From Blastocatellia bacterium (GTDB lineage: Bacteria; Acidobacteriota; Blastocatellia; HR10; J050), in the NCBI GenBank assembly GCA_026985075.1, contig JALSQX010000052.1, forward strand, positions 10,979 through 74,978: a stretch of 64,000 bases of DNA, read 5' to 3'. Each line of letters starts with the position of its first letter. Position 1 is the stretch's first letter. Made by a program: the position numbers and the translations under genes. The notes under the pieces were generated by a model. The model had not been told where the DNA came from. It worked only from the letters and a program-made list of their open reading frames with translations, and ran no database searches. This document shows positions 27,077 to 36,504 of this stretch, piece after piece.

Positions 27077-28395
27077 TGCCACCGACGCGCGTCCGTTGGA
27101 CAATTGCTCTCCTCCTTCTCTGCATCACCAGTGTGACCTATTTGGATCGGCTCAATATCATGGTGGCCGCCACTCGCATTCAGGACGAGTTCGCGCTCAC
27201 CGAGGTACAGATCGGAACCATTCTGAGCGCCTTCGTCCTCGGTTATGCCCTGTTTCAGATCCCCGGCGGCATCCTGGCGGATGCCCTCGGACCCCGACGG
27301 TTGCTGGGATTGGCCCTGTTTTGGTGGTCAGTGTTCACCATTCTGACGGCACTCACGGCCGATCTCCCCCTGACTCGATGGATGGGCATCGCCTGGGCAT
27401 TCATCCTCGTGCGGTTCCTAGTCGGCGTGGGCGAAGCGCCGGCGTTGCCGGGCGCCAATAAGATGATCGGCCTGTGGATGGCTCCCGAAGAGCGCGCGCT
27501 GGGCAATGGGATCTTCATCGCTGGACTGGGGCTCGGTGGTGCACTGGCTCCTCCCCTCGTCGTCTGGCTCATGGAGACGTGGGGCTGGCGCGCCTCGTTC
27601 TGGGTGACCGGTCTGCTCGGTTTCCCACTCCTCATGTGCTGGCTGATGGCGGTCACCGATCGACCGGAAAATCATCCCCGAGTTAACGAAGCCGAACTGG
27701 CTCATATTCGAGGAAGCCGCGGGACGGTCGAATCGCAGACGGCTCCATCGTCCACTCCCTGGCGCCTCGTCCTGTCCCGAGCTGATGTCTGGGCTCTGGT
27801 GGGGAGTTACTTCCTGGCGGGATATACGGCCTATATTTTCTTCACCTGGTCGTTCCTGTATATTGTGAATGTGCGCAAGCTACCGGTGGCTCGTGCGGGT
27901 TTCTGGACCATGGCACCATTCCTGGCTATGGCCATCCTCTCACTGGTGGGAGGACGAGTCTCCGACTGGACGACACGACGTTGGGGCAAGAGGTGGGGAC
28001 GTCGCCTCCCCGTCATATCGGGGATGAGTCTGGCCAGTCTCTTTCTGATCGTAGGAAGTCAGACAAGCCACGCTCGTCTGGCGATCATATGTCTGGCCCT
28101 GGCCGCCGGATTGACTGGGTTTGCGACCGTGAACTGGTGGGCGACCACGGTGGATTTGACCCGGCGATTCGCCGGCTCTCTCGCTGGCCTGATGAATACG
28201 GCGGGCAATCTGGGTGGCGTGGCCTCACCCACGCTCACCCCTTACCTGGCCGAGCGATTCGGTTGGGAGATGGCGCTCGCCGTCGCGGCGGCAGCAGCTC
28301 TACTGGCGGGTGCGCTCTGGGTCTTCATCCACCCCGACCGACCGTTAGAAGAAGCAGCCATGAGCACGGGAGCCCATCATGGAGGGAAAAGATGA
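27076..28395 (+). CDS. MFS transporter (ACS family, sugar-acid type)
   Basis: 439-aa ORF whose ATG overlaps the preceding stop. RWTIALLLLCITSVTYLDRLNIMVAA and LGYALFQIPGGILAD are ACS-family MFS patterns. Confidence 0.75.
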   Translation: MPPTRVRWTIALLLLCITSVTYLDRLNIMVAATRIQDEFALTEVQIGTILSAFVLGYALFQIPGGILADALGPRRLLGLALFWWSVFTILTALTADLPLTRWMGIAWAFILVRFLVGVGEAPALPGANKMIGLWMAPEERALGNGIFIAGLGLGGALAPPLVVWLMETWGWRASFWVTGLLGFPLLMCWLMAVTDRPENHPRVNEAELAHIRGSRGTVESQTAPSSTPWRLVLSRADVWALVGSYFLAGYTAYIFFTWSFLYIVNVRKLPVARAGFWTMAPFLAMAILSLVGGRVSDWTTRRWGKRWGRRLPVISGMSLASLFLIVGSQTSHARLAIICLALAAGLTGFATVNWWATTVDLTRRFAGSLAGLMNTAGNLGGVASPTLTPYLAERFGWEMALAVAAAAALLAGALWVFIHPDRPLEEAAMSTGAHHGGKR

Positions 28396-29561
28396 GGAGA
28401 CCCACCTGGACAACGCATACTCCGACCATGTCTATCGGAAACCATCATTGTCGTCTATTCTTCGGAGAAACGCTCACTGACTTTGAGCCCATCACGAAGG
28501 ATCAACGTGATGAAGTGGGGGATACCCTTTGGCGCCACCTTTTTTCACAGGGATTTCTCGTCGAGAGAGTTCGACATCGCTCCTTCATCCAGATAGTGCT
28601 CTCCCTCCTGCTCCTCACTCTGCTCATGGGGAGTTCCATCGGTTCCGGAGCAGTGGGGTTGCCAAAGGAGCAGTCCATCATCGGGATTCTACAAAGGTCA
28701 CAGCGCGTCCTGTGGATTGGCGCCCATCCTGACGATGAAAACTCCTCTGGTGGTCTCATCGCTCGCGCCAAAGATACATCGGGGGCGCTCTTCATGGTGA
28801 GTCTGACCCGCGGAGAAAATAGCGATATCGTCTGGGGTGGGCTCTGTCGAGGCTCGCAGATAGGTCGCGCGCGCGCCGCGCTCTTCGCCCAGTCGGCAGC
28901 ATTGTTTCGAGCCGATGGCTACGAACTGGGGCCGTTTATCAACGGTCCACACTCGCTGGAGGAACTCGACCGCCAGTGCCCGCCGGGGGCTCCGTTCCGG
29001 GGTTGGCCTCCCACGACGACGTCCGATGAGGTCATCACTAAGTGGCGACGAGAAGGAGATCCGGTGAAATATATCGTCGCCATCTTACGCCGCTATCGTC
29101 CTCAGGTTGTCCTGGCTATGGACAGGTACTGCGGCGTGAGCGGTAATCCAGAGCACATCGCCGTCGCCCGCCTGTTGCTGGAAGCGATCCCCCTGGCTGC
29201 CGATGCTCAAAGCTATCCGGGAACCGGGAATCCCTGGCAGGTCGAGCATGTGATTTTCAGCGCCCACGTCATCCCACCGCTGATTCAATGTCACTACTGT
29301 AAATGCGAAGGCCAAGAGCCCCAACAACCCGTTCAGGATGTCTCCGCGCTCGATCGCTCACGCCTCCACGACATGACCTATTTTCGGGTTTCCTGCCTGG
29401 TAGCCAAGACCTATCAGAATACAATGCAACAACGAGGATGGAGCGAGAGCCAGATCCAGGCCCTCTGCGCCCAGGCCGAAAGGGATGCTCTGAGAGCATA
29501 CCAACAGGGAATCCGCACCTATCCTCTCGTTGAGCCTTACCGCCTTTACCCAGTGCAGTGA
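28392..29561 (+). CDS. PIG-L / LmbE-family de-N-acetylase, membrane-anchored or secreted
   Basis: Start ATG 28392 (ATGA overlap with the MFS stop, GGAGGG upstream). Hydrophobic anchor FIQIVLSLLLLTLLMG. Motif WIGAHPDDENSSGG. Confidence 0.75.
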   Translation: MRRPTWTTHTPTMSIGNHHCRLFFGETLTDFEPITKDQRDEVGDTLWRHLFSQGFLVERVRHRSFIQIVLSLLLLTLLMGSSIGSGAVGLPKEQSIIGILQRSQRVLWIGAHPDDENSSGGLIARAKDTSGALFMVSLTRGENSDIVWGGLCRGSQIGRARAALFAQSAALFRADGYELGPFINGPHSLEELDRQCPPGAPFRGWPPTTTSDEVITKWRREGDPVKYIVAILRRYRPQVVLAMDRYCGVSGNPEHIAVARLLLEAIPLAADAQSYPGTGNPWQVEHVIFSAHVIPPLIQCHYCKCEGQEPQQPVQDVSALDRSRLHDMTYFRVSCLVAKTYQNTMQQRGWSESQIQALCAQAERDALRAYQQGIRTYPLVEPYRLYPVQ

Positions 29562-29567
29562 GCACCG

Positions 29568-30962
29568 GTGACTGACTGGATCAGAGAACTCAAGGCCATC
29601 GTGGGCGATGAGAATGTGCTGGTGAGCCCCGATGAGCTCCTCGTTTATGAATGCGATGCCTTGACCATTCATAAACGCCTCCCACGCGCCGTCATCTTTC
29701 CGAACACGACCGAGCATGTCTCGGGCGTCGTCAAGGTGTTGAGGGAGCATGGGCTTCCCTTTGTCGCTCGTGGCGCGGGCACGGGGCTGAGCGGAGGAGC
29801 CATCGCCGAGGCCGGAGGGGTCATCATCGAACTCTCGCGGATGAATAAGATCCTGGAGATCGATTGGGAGAATCAATTGGCCGTCGTCGAACCCGGCGTG
29901 ATCAACATCAGACTGACCCAAGCGGTGGCGACGAGGGGCTATCGATTCGCCCCCGATCCGTCCAGCCAAATGACCTGCACCATCGGCGGCAATATTGCCG
30001 AAAACGCCAGCGGTCCCCACTCTCTCAAATATGGCGTGACGACGGATCACATTCTGGGATTGGAGGTCGTGCTCCCCGATGGTCGTATCGTCAATTTCGA
30101 CCGTCACGGAGGGGATGCTCTGGGTTATGATCTGGTCGGTCTCTTCGTCGGCTCGGAAGGGATGTTCGGTATCGCCACCCGAATTACCGTCCGACTCATC
30201 CAGCTCCCCCAAGCGGTGAAAACACTGATGGCCGACTTCCATACCATTGAGGCAGCCAGTCGAACTGTCTCTGACATCATCGCGGCTGGCATCATTCCGG
30301 CGGCCATAGAGATGATGGATCAAGCGACCATCCGCGCCATTGAAGAATCGGTCTTCGCTTCCGGTCTTCCTACCGATGCTGCGGCCATGCTCCTCATCGA
30401 ACTGGACGGCTTGCCGGTGAGCGTTGACCAGGAGAGTTCGCGCGTCATCTATCTCTGCCGCACGAATGGGGCGTGCCGCGTCACCGTGGCTCGGAGTGAG
30501 GCGGAGCGCGAACGACTGTGGGCCGCGCGCAAGAATGCCTTTGGAGCTCTGGGGAGGATCAATGCCGATTTGATGGTCCAGGATGCCGTCACCCCCAGAA
30601 GCCGGCTGCCTGAGGTCCTTCCGGAAATCTATCGCATTGCCGAGCGGTATCGACTGAGGATGGCCTGTGTGATCCATGCCGGTGACGGCAACCTGCATCC
30701 GACGCTGTGCTTTGATGGACGCGACTCTGATGAACTCCAGCGCGTGGATGCGGCTTGCAAGGAGATCATGGAATTATGTGTACGCGTCGGCGGGACGCTC
30801 ACTGGCGAGCACGGCATTGGTGTGGATAAGATCAAATATATGTCGCTCGTCTTCAGCGAAGCAGACCTCGAAGCGATGAACCGCGTGCGCACCGTGTTCG
30901 ATCCTCAGGACCTGTGTAATCCCGGGAAAGTCCTTCCCGTGCGTCGATGTAAGGTATTCTGA
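29568..30962 (+). CDS. glcD: FAD-linked oxidase, GlcD-type (glycolate / D-lactate / D-2-hydroxyacid dehydrogenase subunit)
   Basis: 464-aa ORF with a PCMH-type FAD-binding domain (VVARGAGTGLSGGA) and a C-terminal GEHGIG motif. Confidence 0.8.
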   Translation: MTDWIRELKAIVGDENVLVSPDELLVYECDALTIHKRLPRAVIFPNTTEHVSGVVKVLREHGLPFVARGAGTGLSGGAIAEAGGVIIELSRMNKILEIDWENQLAVVEPGVINIRLTQAVATRGYRFAPDPSSQMTCTIGGNIAENASGPHSLKYGVTTDHILGLEVVLPDGRIVNFDRHGGDALGYDLVGLFVGSEGMFGIATRITVRLIQLPQAVKTLMADFHTIEAASRTVSDIIAAGIIPAAIEMMDQATIRAIEESVFASGLPTDAAAMLLIELDGLPVSVDQESSRVIYLCRTNGACRVTVARSEAERERLWAARKNAFGALGRINADLMVQDAVTPRSRLPEVLPEIYRIAERYRLRMACVIHAGDGNLHPTLCFDGRDSDELQRVDAACKEIMELCVRVGGTLTGEHGIGVDKIKYMSLVFSEADLEAMNRVRTVFDPQDLCNPGKVLPVRRCKVF

Positions 30963-32278
30963 TGGCGAAGAGCCTGCTCGCCTCGAACCGGATAGTCAGC
31001 AGCGAAATGGAGAAACTGCGCGCCTGCGTTCACTGCGGCTTATGTCTCGCCGCCTGTCCCACCTATGCGGAACTGGGCGATGAGAATGATTCCCCTCGTG
31101 GTCGCCTCTATCTGATGCGCGCAGTCGTTGAAGGTCGATTGTCTCCTATGACCCCCGCTTTCGCCCACCACATCGATCTCTGCCTCGGTTGCCGCGCCTG
31201 TGAGACGGCATGTCCAGCCGGCGTGCGATACGGGCGATTGTGGGCAGCAGCCCGGGCGAATATCGCTGTCCATCGACGCTCGGGGCATCTCACTGAACGC
31301 ATCGAACGACTCGTTCTGAATCGCTTGTTTGTCTCTCCACGCCGATTGCAATGGCTTTTCGCTCCAGCCCGTGTACTGCGACAAAGTTGTCTGCTCGATC
31401 GCATGGTGAGAACGTCAATCCTGCCACCGCAGCTGAAGACACTCTTGATGCTGCTCCGGGCCACGCGACCTCCTCGAATTGAACGGCTTCGATTGACGAC
31501 TGGACCTGCACGTGGTCGTGACGCCGATCGAAAAGCACTGCCCTCTTCTCGACAGCCGGTCGCCCTTTTTGTCAGTTGTGTGGGTCGCGAACTGTTCCAA
31601 CACACCAATCGGGCCACGATCAGAGTCCTCCAGGAACATGGCTGCCGGGTTATCCATCCATATGAACAAGTATGTTGTGGAGCTCTGCATGCCCACGCCG
31701 GAGAAGTCGAAACGGCTCGAAAACTGGCCAGGAAGAACATCGCCGCTTTTGAACGGTGTGAGGGCGACGCCATCATCACCAATGTCGCCGGCTGCGGAGC
31801 TATGCTGAAAGAATATGAGGAACTCCTGGCTGATGATCTCGATGATCGTCAACGAGCGCGGTCCTTCGCCCGGCGCGTGCGCGACATCTCTGAGTATTTG
31901 ATGGAGATCGGCTTCCGACCGGGACCACGGTCACTCAAGGTGAGAGTCACCTACGATGCCCCCTGTCATCTCCATCACGCCCAACAGGTCACAAAAGCGC
32001 CGGTAGAACTGATTCGCCGGCTTCCCGGCGTGGACTTCACTCCATTGGCCGAAGCTGATGTGTGCTGTGGTAGTGCAGGATTATACAACGTGATTCATCC
32101 CCAGCTCGCCAGTGACATTCTGAAGCGGAAGCTGGACAATGTGCGCCACACTGGGGCGGATATCCTCCTCACCGGCAACGCCGGTTGTCTGATGGTTCTG
32201 CAAAGCGCGGTGATCGAGGCAGAATTGGACATGCAGGTCATGCATCTCATCGAATTGATCGCTCTGACTTATGAGTGA
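30962..32278 (+). CDS. glcF: Fe-S subunit, GlcF-type, with two 4Fe-4S motifs and CCG domains
   Basis: CVHCGLCLAACPTY and CLGCRACETACPAG; CCGALHAH and CCGSAGLYN cysteine-rich (CCG) motifs. The start overlaps the glcD stop (TGATG). Confidence 0.8.
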   Translation: MAKSLLASNRIVSSEMEKLRACVHCGLCLAACPTYAELGDENDSPRGRLYLMRAVVEGRLSPMTPAFAHHIDLCLGCRACETACPAGVRYGRLWAAARANIAVHRRSGHLTERIERLVLNRLFVSPRRLQWLFAPARVLRQSCLLDRMVRTSILPPQLKTLLMLLRATRPPRIERLRLTTGPARGRDADRKALPSSRQPVALFVSCVGRELFQHTNRATIRVLQEHGCRVIHPYEQVCCGALHAHAGEVETARKLARKNIAAFERCEGDAIITNVAGCGAMLKEYEELLADDLDDRQRARSFARRVRDISEYLMEIGFRPGPRSLKVRVTYDAPCHLHHAQQVTKAPVELIRRLPGVDFTPLAEADVCCGSAGLYNVIHPQLASDILKRKLDNVRHTGADILLTGNAGCLMVLQSAVIEAELDMQVMHLIELIALTYE

Positions 32279-32560
32279 GATCGCCTCAATGATCGTTCAG
32301 CCGGACCGAGCAGCAACGGCGAGCCGCTCACTCGCTCGTGAATCGCCATGTACGCCGCTCCAGCGCCGAATATGGGGAACCCTGGCCCGCGGCCCCTTTC
32401 ATGAGGAGAGAGGACCTGTTAATGACTCATCCTGCGTCTCCTCATAACGGATGTCGATCCCTTCGCGGAATGGCCCATCACATCGCAACTGAGCGCACTG
32501 TCCTCTCGAACTCAGCCACCATCCAATAAGATCGACGCCGAAATCTTCAACCGTTCCTTC

Positions 32561-32587
32561 CCGTGGCCCCGTCCACGGTTTTTTTTT
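32561..32587 (+). terminator. Rho-independent terminator closing the plus-strand gene run
   Basis: CCGTGG (32561-66), loop CCCCGT, CCACGG (32573-78), followed by nine T (32579-87). Confidence 0.75.
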
Positions 32588-32609
32588 GCGACAAGGCCCG
32601 CCAATAATG

Positions 32610-34352
32610 TCACCGAAGATTTGCCCGGTGAGTTCCGGTGACGGAAAGTCGCCTTCCCACTCCAACATGAGTCATCATCCGTCTCTGGAGGAGGCCGCGA
32701 TTGAACAGATCGAACCAGAACTCGCAGAACTCCTTGCGCAAGCCGACACCCGTGGTGATCGGTATATCCAGAATGAGATGCTCGTCGCCCTCGATGGTGA
32801 ACGCCGGCCACCGAGGGAGATCCGGGGCGTTTGGATCTCCGCTTCGGGCAAAATTCGTCCAATAGGCGAGCATCATCTCGGCCAATTCCCGATCCTCCGA
32901 CGTGGGTCGAATGAGAGTGAAACTCTGAAAAACGAACGGGAGTTCCAGACCATGAAAGGCGCCCAGCCTTCGCAAGAAGGCGGGAAATCGCACCGCATGC
33001 GTGAAGTGATAGACGAACAGAGGCGTCTGATGGAACGCGAGAGCCAGACTGGCTGCCCGCGCCGGACAGATGAAGGCCAGATCGGTCAGGATGGCATCGA
33101 AGGCCTCGCGGGGACTGGCGTAATCGGAGAGGGGATACCGGGCCAACACTTCCTCGCTCGCCCGAGGGAAGAATCGCTCCACGGCCGCCCGGTAATCGGC
33201 CTCCGACCGGAGTCGCATCCCCACGATGAAGATCGAGGCCTCATTCTTATTGGTGCCGATGATCATGGGAACGCGATGATGATTTCCGGCGAGCATGGCG
33301 TCCAGCGGACTCTCGGTCAGCACATATCCATCGATGTTCGGACCATAAGTGACGCCACCCTGGAGGTTGGACAGTAACGGCGGACCTGGCCGAAGAGCCT
33401 GGAGGACCTCCTCGACCGTTTTACTTCGCATGCACGCCAACGGATCGTCTGCTCCATCGCAGCCGATGGCTTCAGCAAAGCGCAGGCCGAATTCCTCGGC
33501 GCTCTCTGCCTCGGGCGCCTCGGGCGCGTCGCGCAATCGCCGGCTGACGAGGAATCCCCCGCTCTCGACAATGGCCCGATGGAATAAGCCCGAGGTTAAT
33601 GGCGAGCTGACGAGACTCGATACATTCAGCCCTCCGGCCGACTCGCCAAAAATGGTGATATTCTCCGGATCGCCACCGAAGTTCTGGATATTCCGCCGCA
33701 CCCACTGGAGGGCGAAAATTTGATCCAACAATCCATAATTCCCCGAACTGTGATGCTCCCCATCTTCGGCGCTCAATAGCGGATGAGCCAGGAATCCGAG
33801 CGGACCCAATCGATAGTTGATGGTGACGACGACCACCCCTCCCCGCTCCACCAGCGCCTGGCCATCGTAGGTGGAGAGCGAAGAAGAACCTTGAACGTTC
33901 CCGCCACCGTGAATGAAGAACATCACCGGCCGTAACGTCGGTTCGGGCTCTCGCGGCGCCCAGATATTGAGCGTCAGGCAATCCTCCTCGCCGATGATCT
34001 CCTGACCCGGAACGGTGGCAAACTGTGGACAAGGCGGGCCAAACGTCACCGTCTCACGCACGTCATCCCAGCGCGCGTGAGGCTGCGGTGGCCGCCAGCG
34101 AAGTTCGCCAACCGGTGGAGCGGCATATGGAATACCTCGAAAGGCGATGGAATTGTCCAGCACCTCGCCACGGACGAACCCATATTCAGTCTCCACCGGT
34201 TCGCTCAATGACTGGGCCTCGACCGGTGGCATCCCCAGCCGGATGCTCTCTCTACCTCGCTCCGATGGAGAGCGGCTCAGTCCCACCACCAATCCGAGCC
34301 CTCCCGCGATGAATAGTGCGATCCAACCAGATGTGGAGTGTTTCGCTGTCAT
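32610..34352 (-). CDS. Type-B carboxylesterase / lipase (para-nitrobenzyl esterase-like), secreted
   Basis: 580-aa ORF with GGAGGA SD and an N-terminal anchor/signal. FRGIPYAAPPVG, HGGG oxyanion motif (FIHGGGNVQG), nucleophile elbow FGESAGG. Confidence 0.85.
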   Translation of the reverse strand: MTAKHSTSGWIALFIAGGLGLVVGLSRSPSERGRESIRLGMPPVEAQSLSEPVETEYGFVRGEVLDNSIAFRGIPYAAPPVGELRWRPPQPHARWDDVRETVTFGPPCPQFATVPGQEIIGEEDCLTLNIWAPREPEPTLRPVMFFIHGGGNVQGSSSLSTYDGQALVERGGVVVVTINYRLGPLGFLAHPLLSAEDGEHHSSGNYGLLDQIFALQWVRRNIQNFGGDPENITIFGESAGGLNVSSLVSSPLTSGLFHRAIVESGGFLVSRRLRDAPEAPEAESAEEFGLRFAEAIGCDGADDPLACMRSKTVEEVLQALRPGPPLLSNLQGGVTYGPNIDGYVLTESPLDAMLAGNHHRVPMIIGTNKNEASIFIVGMRLRSEADYRAAVERFFPRASEEVLARYPLSDYASPREAFDAILTDLAFICPARAASLALAFHQTPLFVYHFTHAVRFPAFLRRLGAFHGLELPFVFQSFTLIRPTSEDRELAEMMLAYWTNFARSGDPNAPDLPRWPAFTIEGDEHLILDIPITTGVGLRKEFCEFWFDLFNRGLLQRRMMTHVGVGRRLSVTGTHRANLR

Positions 34353-34459
34353 GTGTCGTCCTCCTCAGATGAACCATCAAGAGTGCTGAGAGGCGAGAAG
34401 AAGCCACGCCTCATGATCCCTTCACATGCCATCACAGAACGCGATCATTCATGATGGCT

Positions 34460-35164
34460 TCAAATATGCGAGAATTCATCCGGCTCCTGCTCCTGCTTCT
34501 CCAGGAACTGCTTCTCCAGAACCCTTCGGGCGACATCGCGCCCTCCTAAGCCGAAGGCAATGGCCAGTCCCAGCATCACGGCGCCGAAGGCGATAATGAA
34601 TGCGGCGGTGACGATGCTGGTCGCGATCTCCAACTGCTCCAGGGCCATGGCGAAGGCGAGGATGGCGATGAGAAACTTGACGACCAGACTGATTGCTCGT
34701 GGAGATGGCATATTGGCATTCACTGCCGCCAGGAGTGCCGCCCGCGAGAGAAAATTCCCGATCAGGAAGCCGACAAACAGAATCAACAGGGCCGCAAAAA
34801 TCTTGGGCAGATACATGAAGAATTCGGCGATGAGTCGATCGATCACTCCGACGTTCAGAGCGCTCAGACCGATCATGAGAAAGCTGATGAATACGATCCA
34901 GAAGGCGAATCGCCCGGCACACTCCGAAGGTGCAGCGCGAATATCGGCGCGGGCGAGCATCTGAGAGGCCCCGGTACTATCACAAAACTGATCGAATCGG
35001 GCCAGCACCAGAGTGCGACGGATGAGCTTCTTCAATACCCACGCCACCAGCCAGCCAATGGCGATGATCACCAAGGCGGCAAAAAGATTGGGCAGGAATC
35101 GTTCCAACCCCTCATAGAATTTTTCTAACGTCGTCATCACAGCGTCTGTGAATGGTCCGTCCAT
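34460..35164 (-). CDS. Membrane protein with conserved TM-helix repeats (MscS-associated TM_helix type)
   Basis: Start ATG 35164 (GGGAGG 7 nt upstream). Repeated motifs LPNLFAALVIIAIGWLVAWVL and LPKIFAALLILFVGFLIGNFL. Confidence 0.6.
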   Translation of the reverse strand: MDGPFTDAVMTTLEKFYEGLERFLPNLFAALVIIAIGWLVAWVLKKLIRRTLVLARFDQFCDSTGASQMLARADIRAAPSECAGRFAFWIVFISFLMIGLSALNVGVIDRLIAEFFMYLPKIFAALLILFVGFLIGNFLSRAALLAAVNANMPSPRAISLVVKFLIAILAFAMALEQLEIATSIVTAAFIIAFGAVMLGLAIAFGLGGRDVARRVLEKQFLEKQEQEPDEFSHI

Positions 35165-35178
35165 AATCCACCTCCCTG

Positions 35179-36504
35179 TCAGGACTCCCATCGTTGGATG
35201 AGATAAGGCTTCATCCGCTCATATTCCTGGCACAAATCTTCCAGGAGACGCTCGACATCATCGGCATCGGCTTCGGGCGTTTCCAGGACGAAAGAAGCGA
35301 TCCGGCCCAGGTAGAGCGGCGTGAGCGACTTCAACAGGTGCTCCCGGTTGATGACCACCTTGTGATAAGCGACCGCATAATCGTAAATCGTACGAACCCA
35401 CAGCGAAGGAGGATATCGGAACGACTTCTCATCGGCGTCCCCCAGGCGCGTGATCTCCTGGAAGGTCTCCGGGGTCAGGATCTTCTCCCACAATGGGCCG
35501 AGTTCTCGCAAGCCGGTCCGGAAAATTTGTAACATACGATCGACGTTCACGCGAATGGGCTCCAGACCGACCGTATACTCGAAGCCGAATGTCGGCACGG
35601 GTTCGGAGCCCTGGATCTTCTTCCAATGCCCCTGGTGGGCTTCCATCAAGCTGAACACCGAACTGACGACTTGCATGAGCATGGCGCTCAGGTCCGCTCC
35701 CGGGTCCTTAGCGGCATGGATCTTGGCCCCCAGGAAAGATTGACAGATCTTGAATCCACCGGTGATGGCCATCGTGGTCATCCAGATGTCGATGCCGAAG
35801 CGCGCCACATCGGTGTGCCACACATCATGAGCGAGATAGTGTTCGGCCAATCGCCCCGAGAAGCCGAAATCGCCCCCAATCGGTTGTCGCACACGTTTTC
35901 CATAAAGAGCGCGAGTCAACGGATAGACAATGCTGTTGGTAATCGTGCCATCGTACTTGTGACGATGATAGAGCGGAGCGACGAAATCGAACCCCTCCCG
36001 GTAGATGGGAGAGATGAGCAGATCGATCCATTCCGGCGTGATGCTCCGGAGATCAGAATCGACCACGGCGCAGGCTTTGGCGTTCACTTCCCGGGCCACG
36101 CCGAAAACGAGACGGAGCGCGCTCCCTTTGCCCGGAATGCCGTGATACGGAGTGATGATCTTGTGAACCGGGCGTAAAGGGTGAGCGGCGAGAATGGTAT
36201 GGTAGTCATTGATCGACGCTGACCGGACGACCTCTGGAGTTCCGTCGGTCGAGCCGCCATCGGAATTGATGAGCAACGTCCGCTCTTCGGGAAAGTACTT
36301 GGCGAATCCCGCCTGAACGGCACGGACGACGTGGCCGATGGTCTGGGCGCTGTTGAAACTGGGAATACCGACCAGAATATCGACGTCGCCTACAGATCTC
36401 AGTTGCTCGCGCAGGGATTCGGGAAGCCAGCCATTCTCTGCCATTGCTCCACTCCGCGGGTGAAAATGTTCGATACATATACTCCACCAGGCTGTCTCGC
36501 TCAT
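35179..36504 (-). CDS. GT-A fold glycosyltransferase (family 2/81-like)
   Basis: 441-aa ORF. ILVGIPSFNSAQTIGHVV...LINSDGGSTDGT...AVVDSDL (DxD-like) are typical of a nucleotide-sugar GT-A. The start could instead be ATG 36444. Confidence 0.7.
   Translation of the reverse strand: MSETAWWSICIEHFHPRSGAMAENGWLPESLREQLRSVGDVDILVGIPSFNSAQTIGHVVRAVQAGFAKYFPEERTLLINSDGGSTDGTPEVVRSASINDYHTILAAHPLRPVHKIITPYHGIPGKGSALRLVFGVAREVNAKACAVVDSDLRSITPEWIDLLISPIYREGFDFVAPLYHRHKYDGTITNSIVYPLTRALYGKRVRQPIGGDFGFSGRLAEHYLAHDVWHTDVARFGIDIWMTTMAITGGFKICQSFLGAKIHAAKDPGADLSAMLMQVVSSVFSLMEAHQGHWKKIQGSEPVPTFGFEYTVGLEPIRVNVDRMLQIFRTGLRELGPLWEKILTPETFQEITRLGDADEKSFRYPPSLWVRTIYDYAVAYHKVVINREHLLKSLTPLYLGRIASFVLETPEADADDVERLLEDLCQEYERMKPYLIQRWES

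Noticed and set aside
27981-28391. Long 5' extensions of ORFs overlapping upstream genes. Examples: 27981 for the second PIG-L, 9498 for the epimerase, 10525 for TauE, 14336 for the MFS, 36662 for the phosphorylase, and 43259 for MscS.
   Set aside because: The extensions overlap well-supported upstream genes or have nonsense-like composition. Internal ATGs with Shine-Dalgarno sequences give canonical N-termini.
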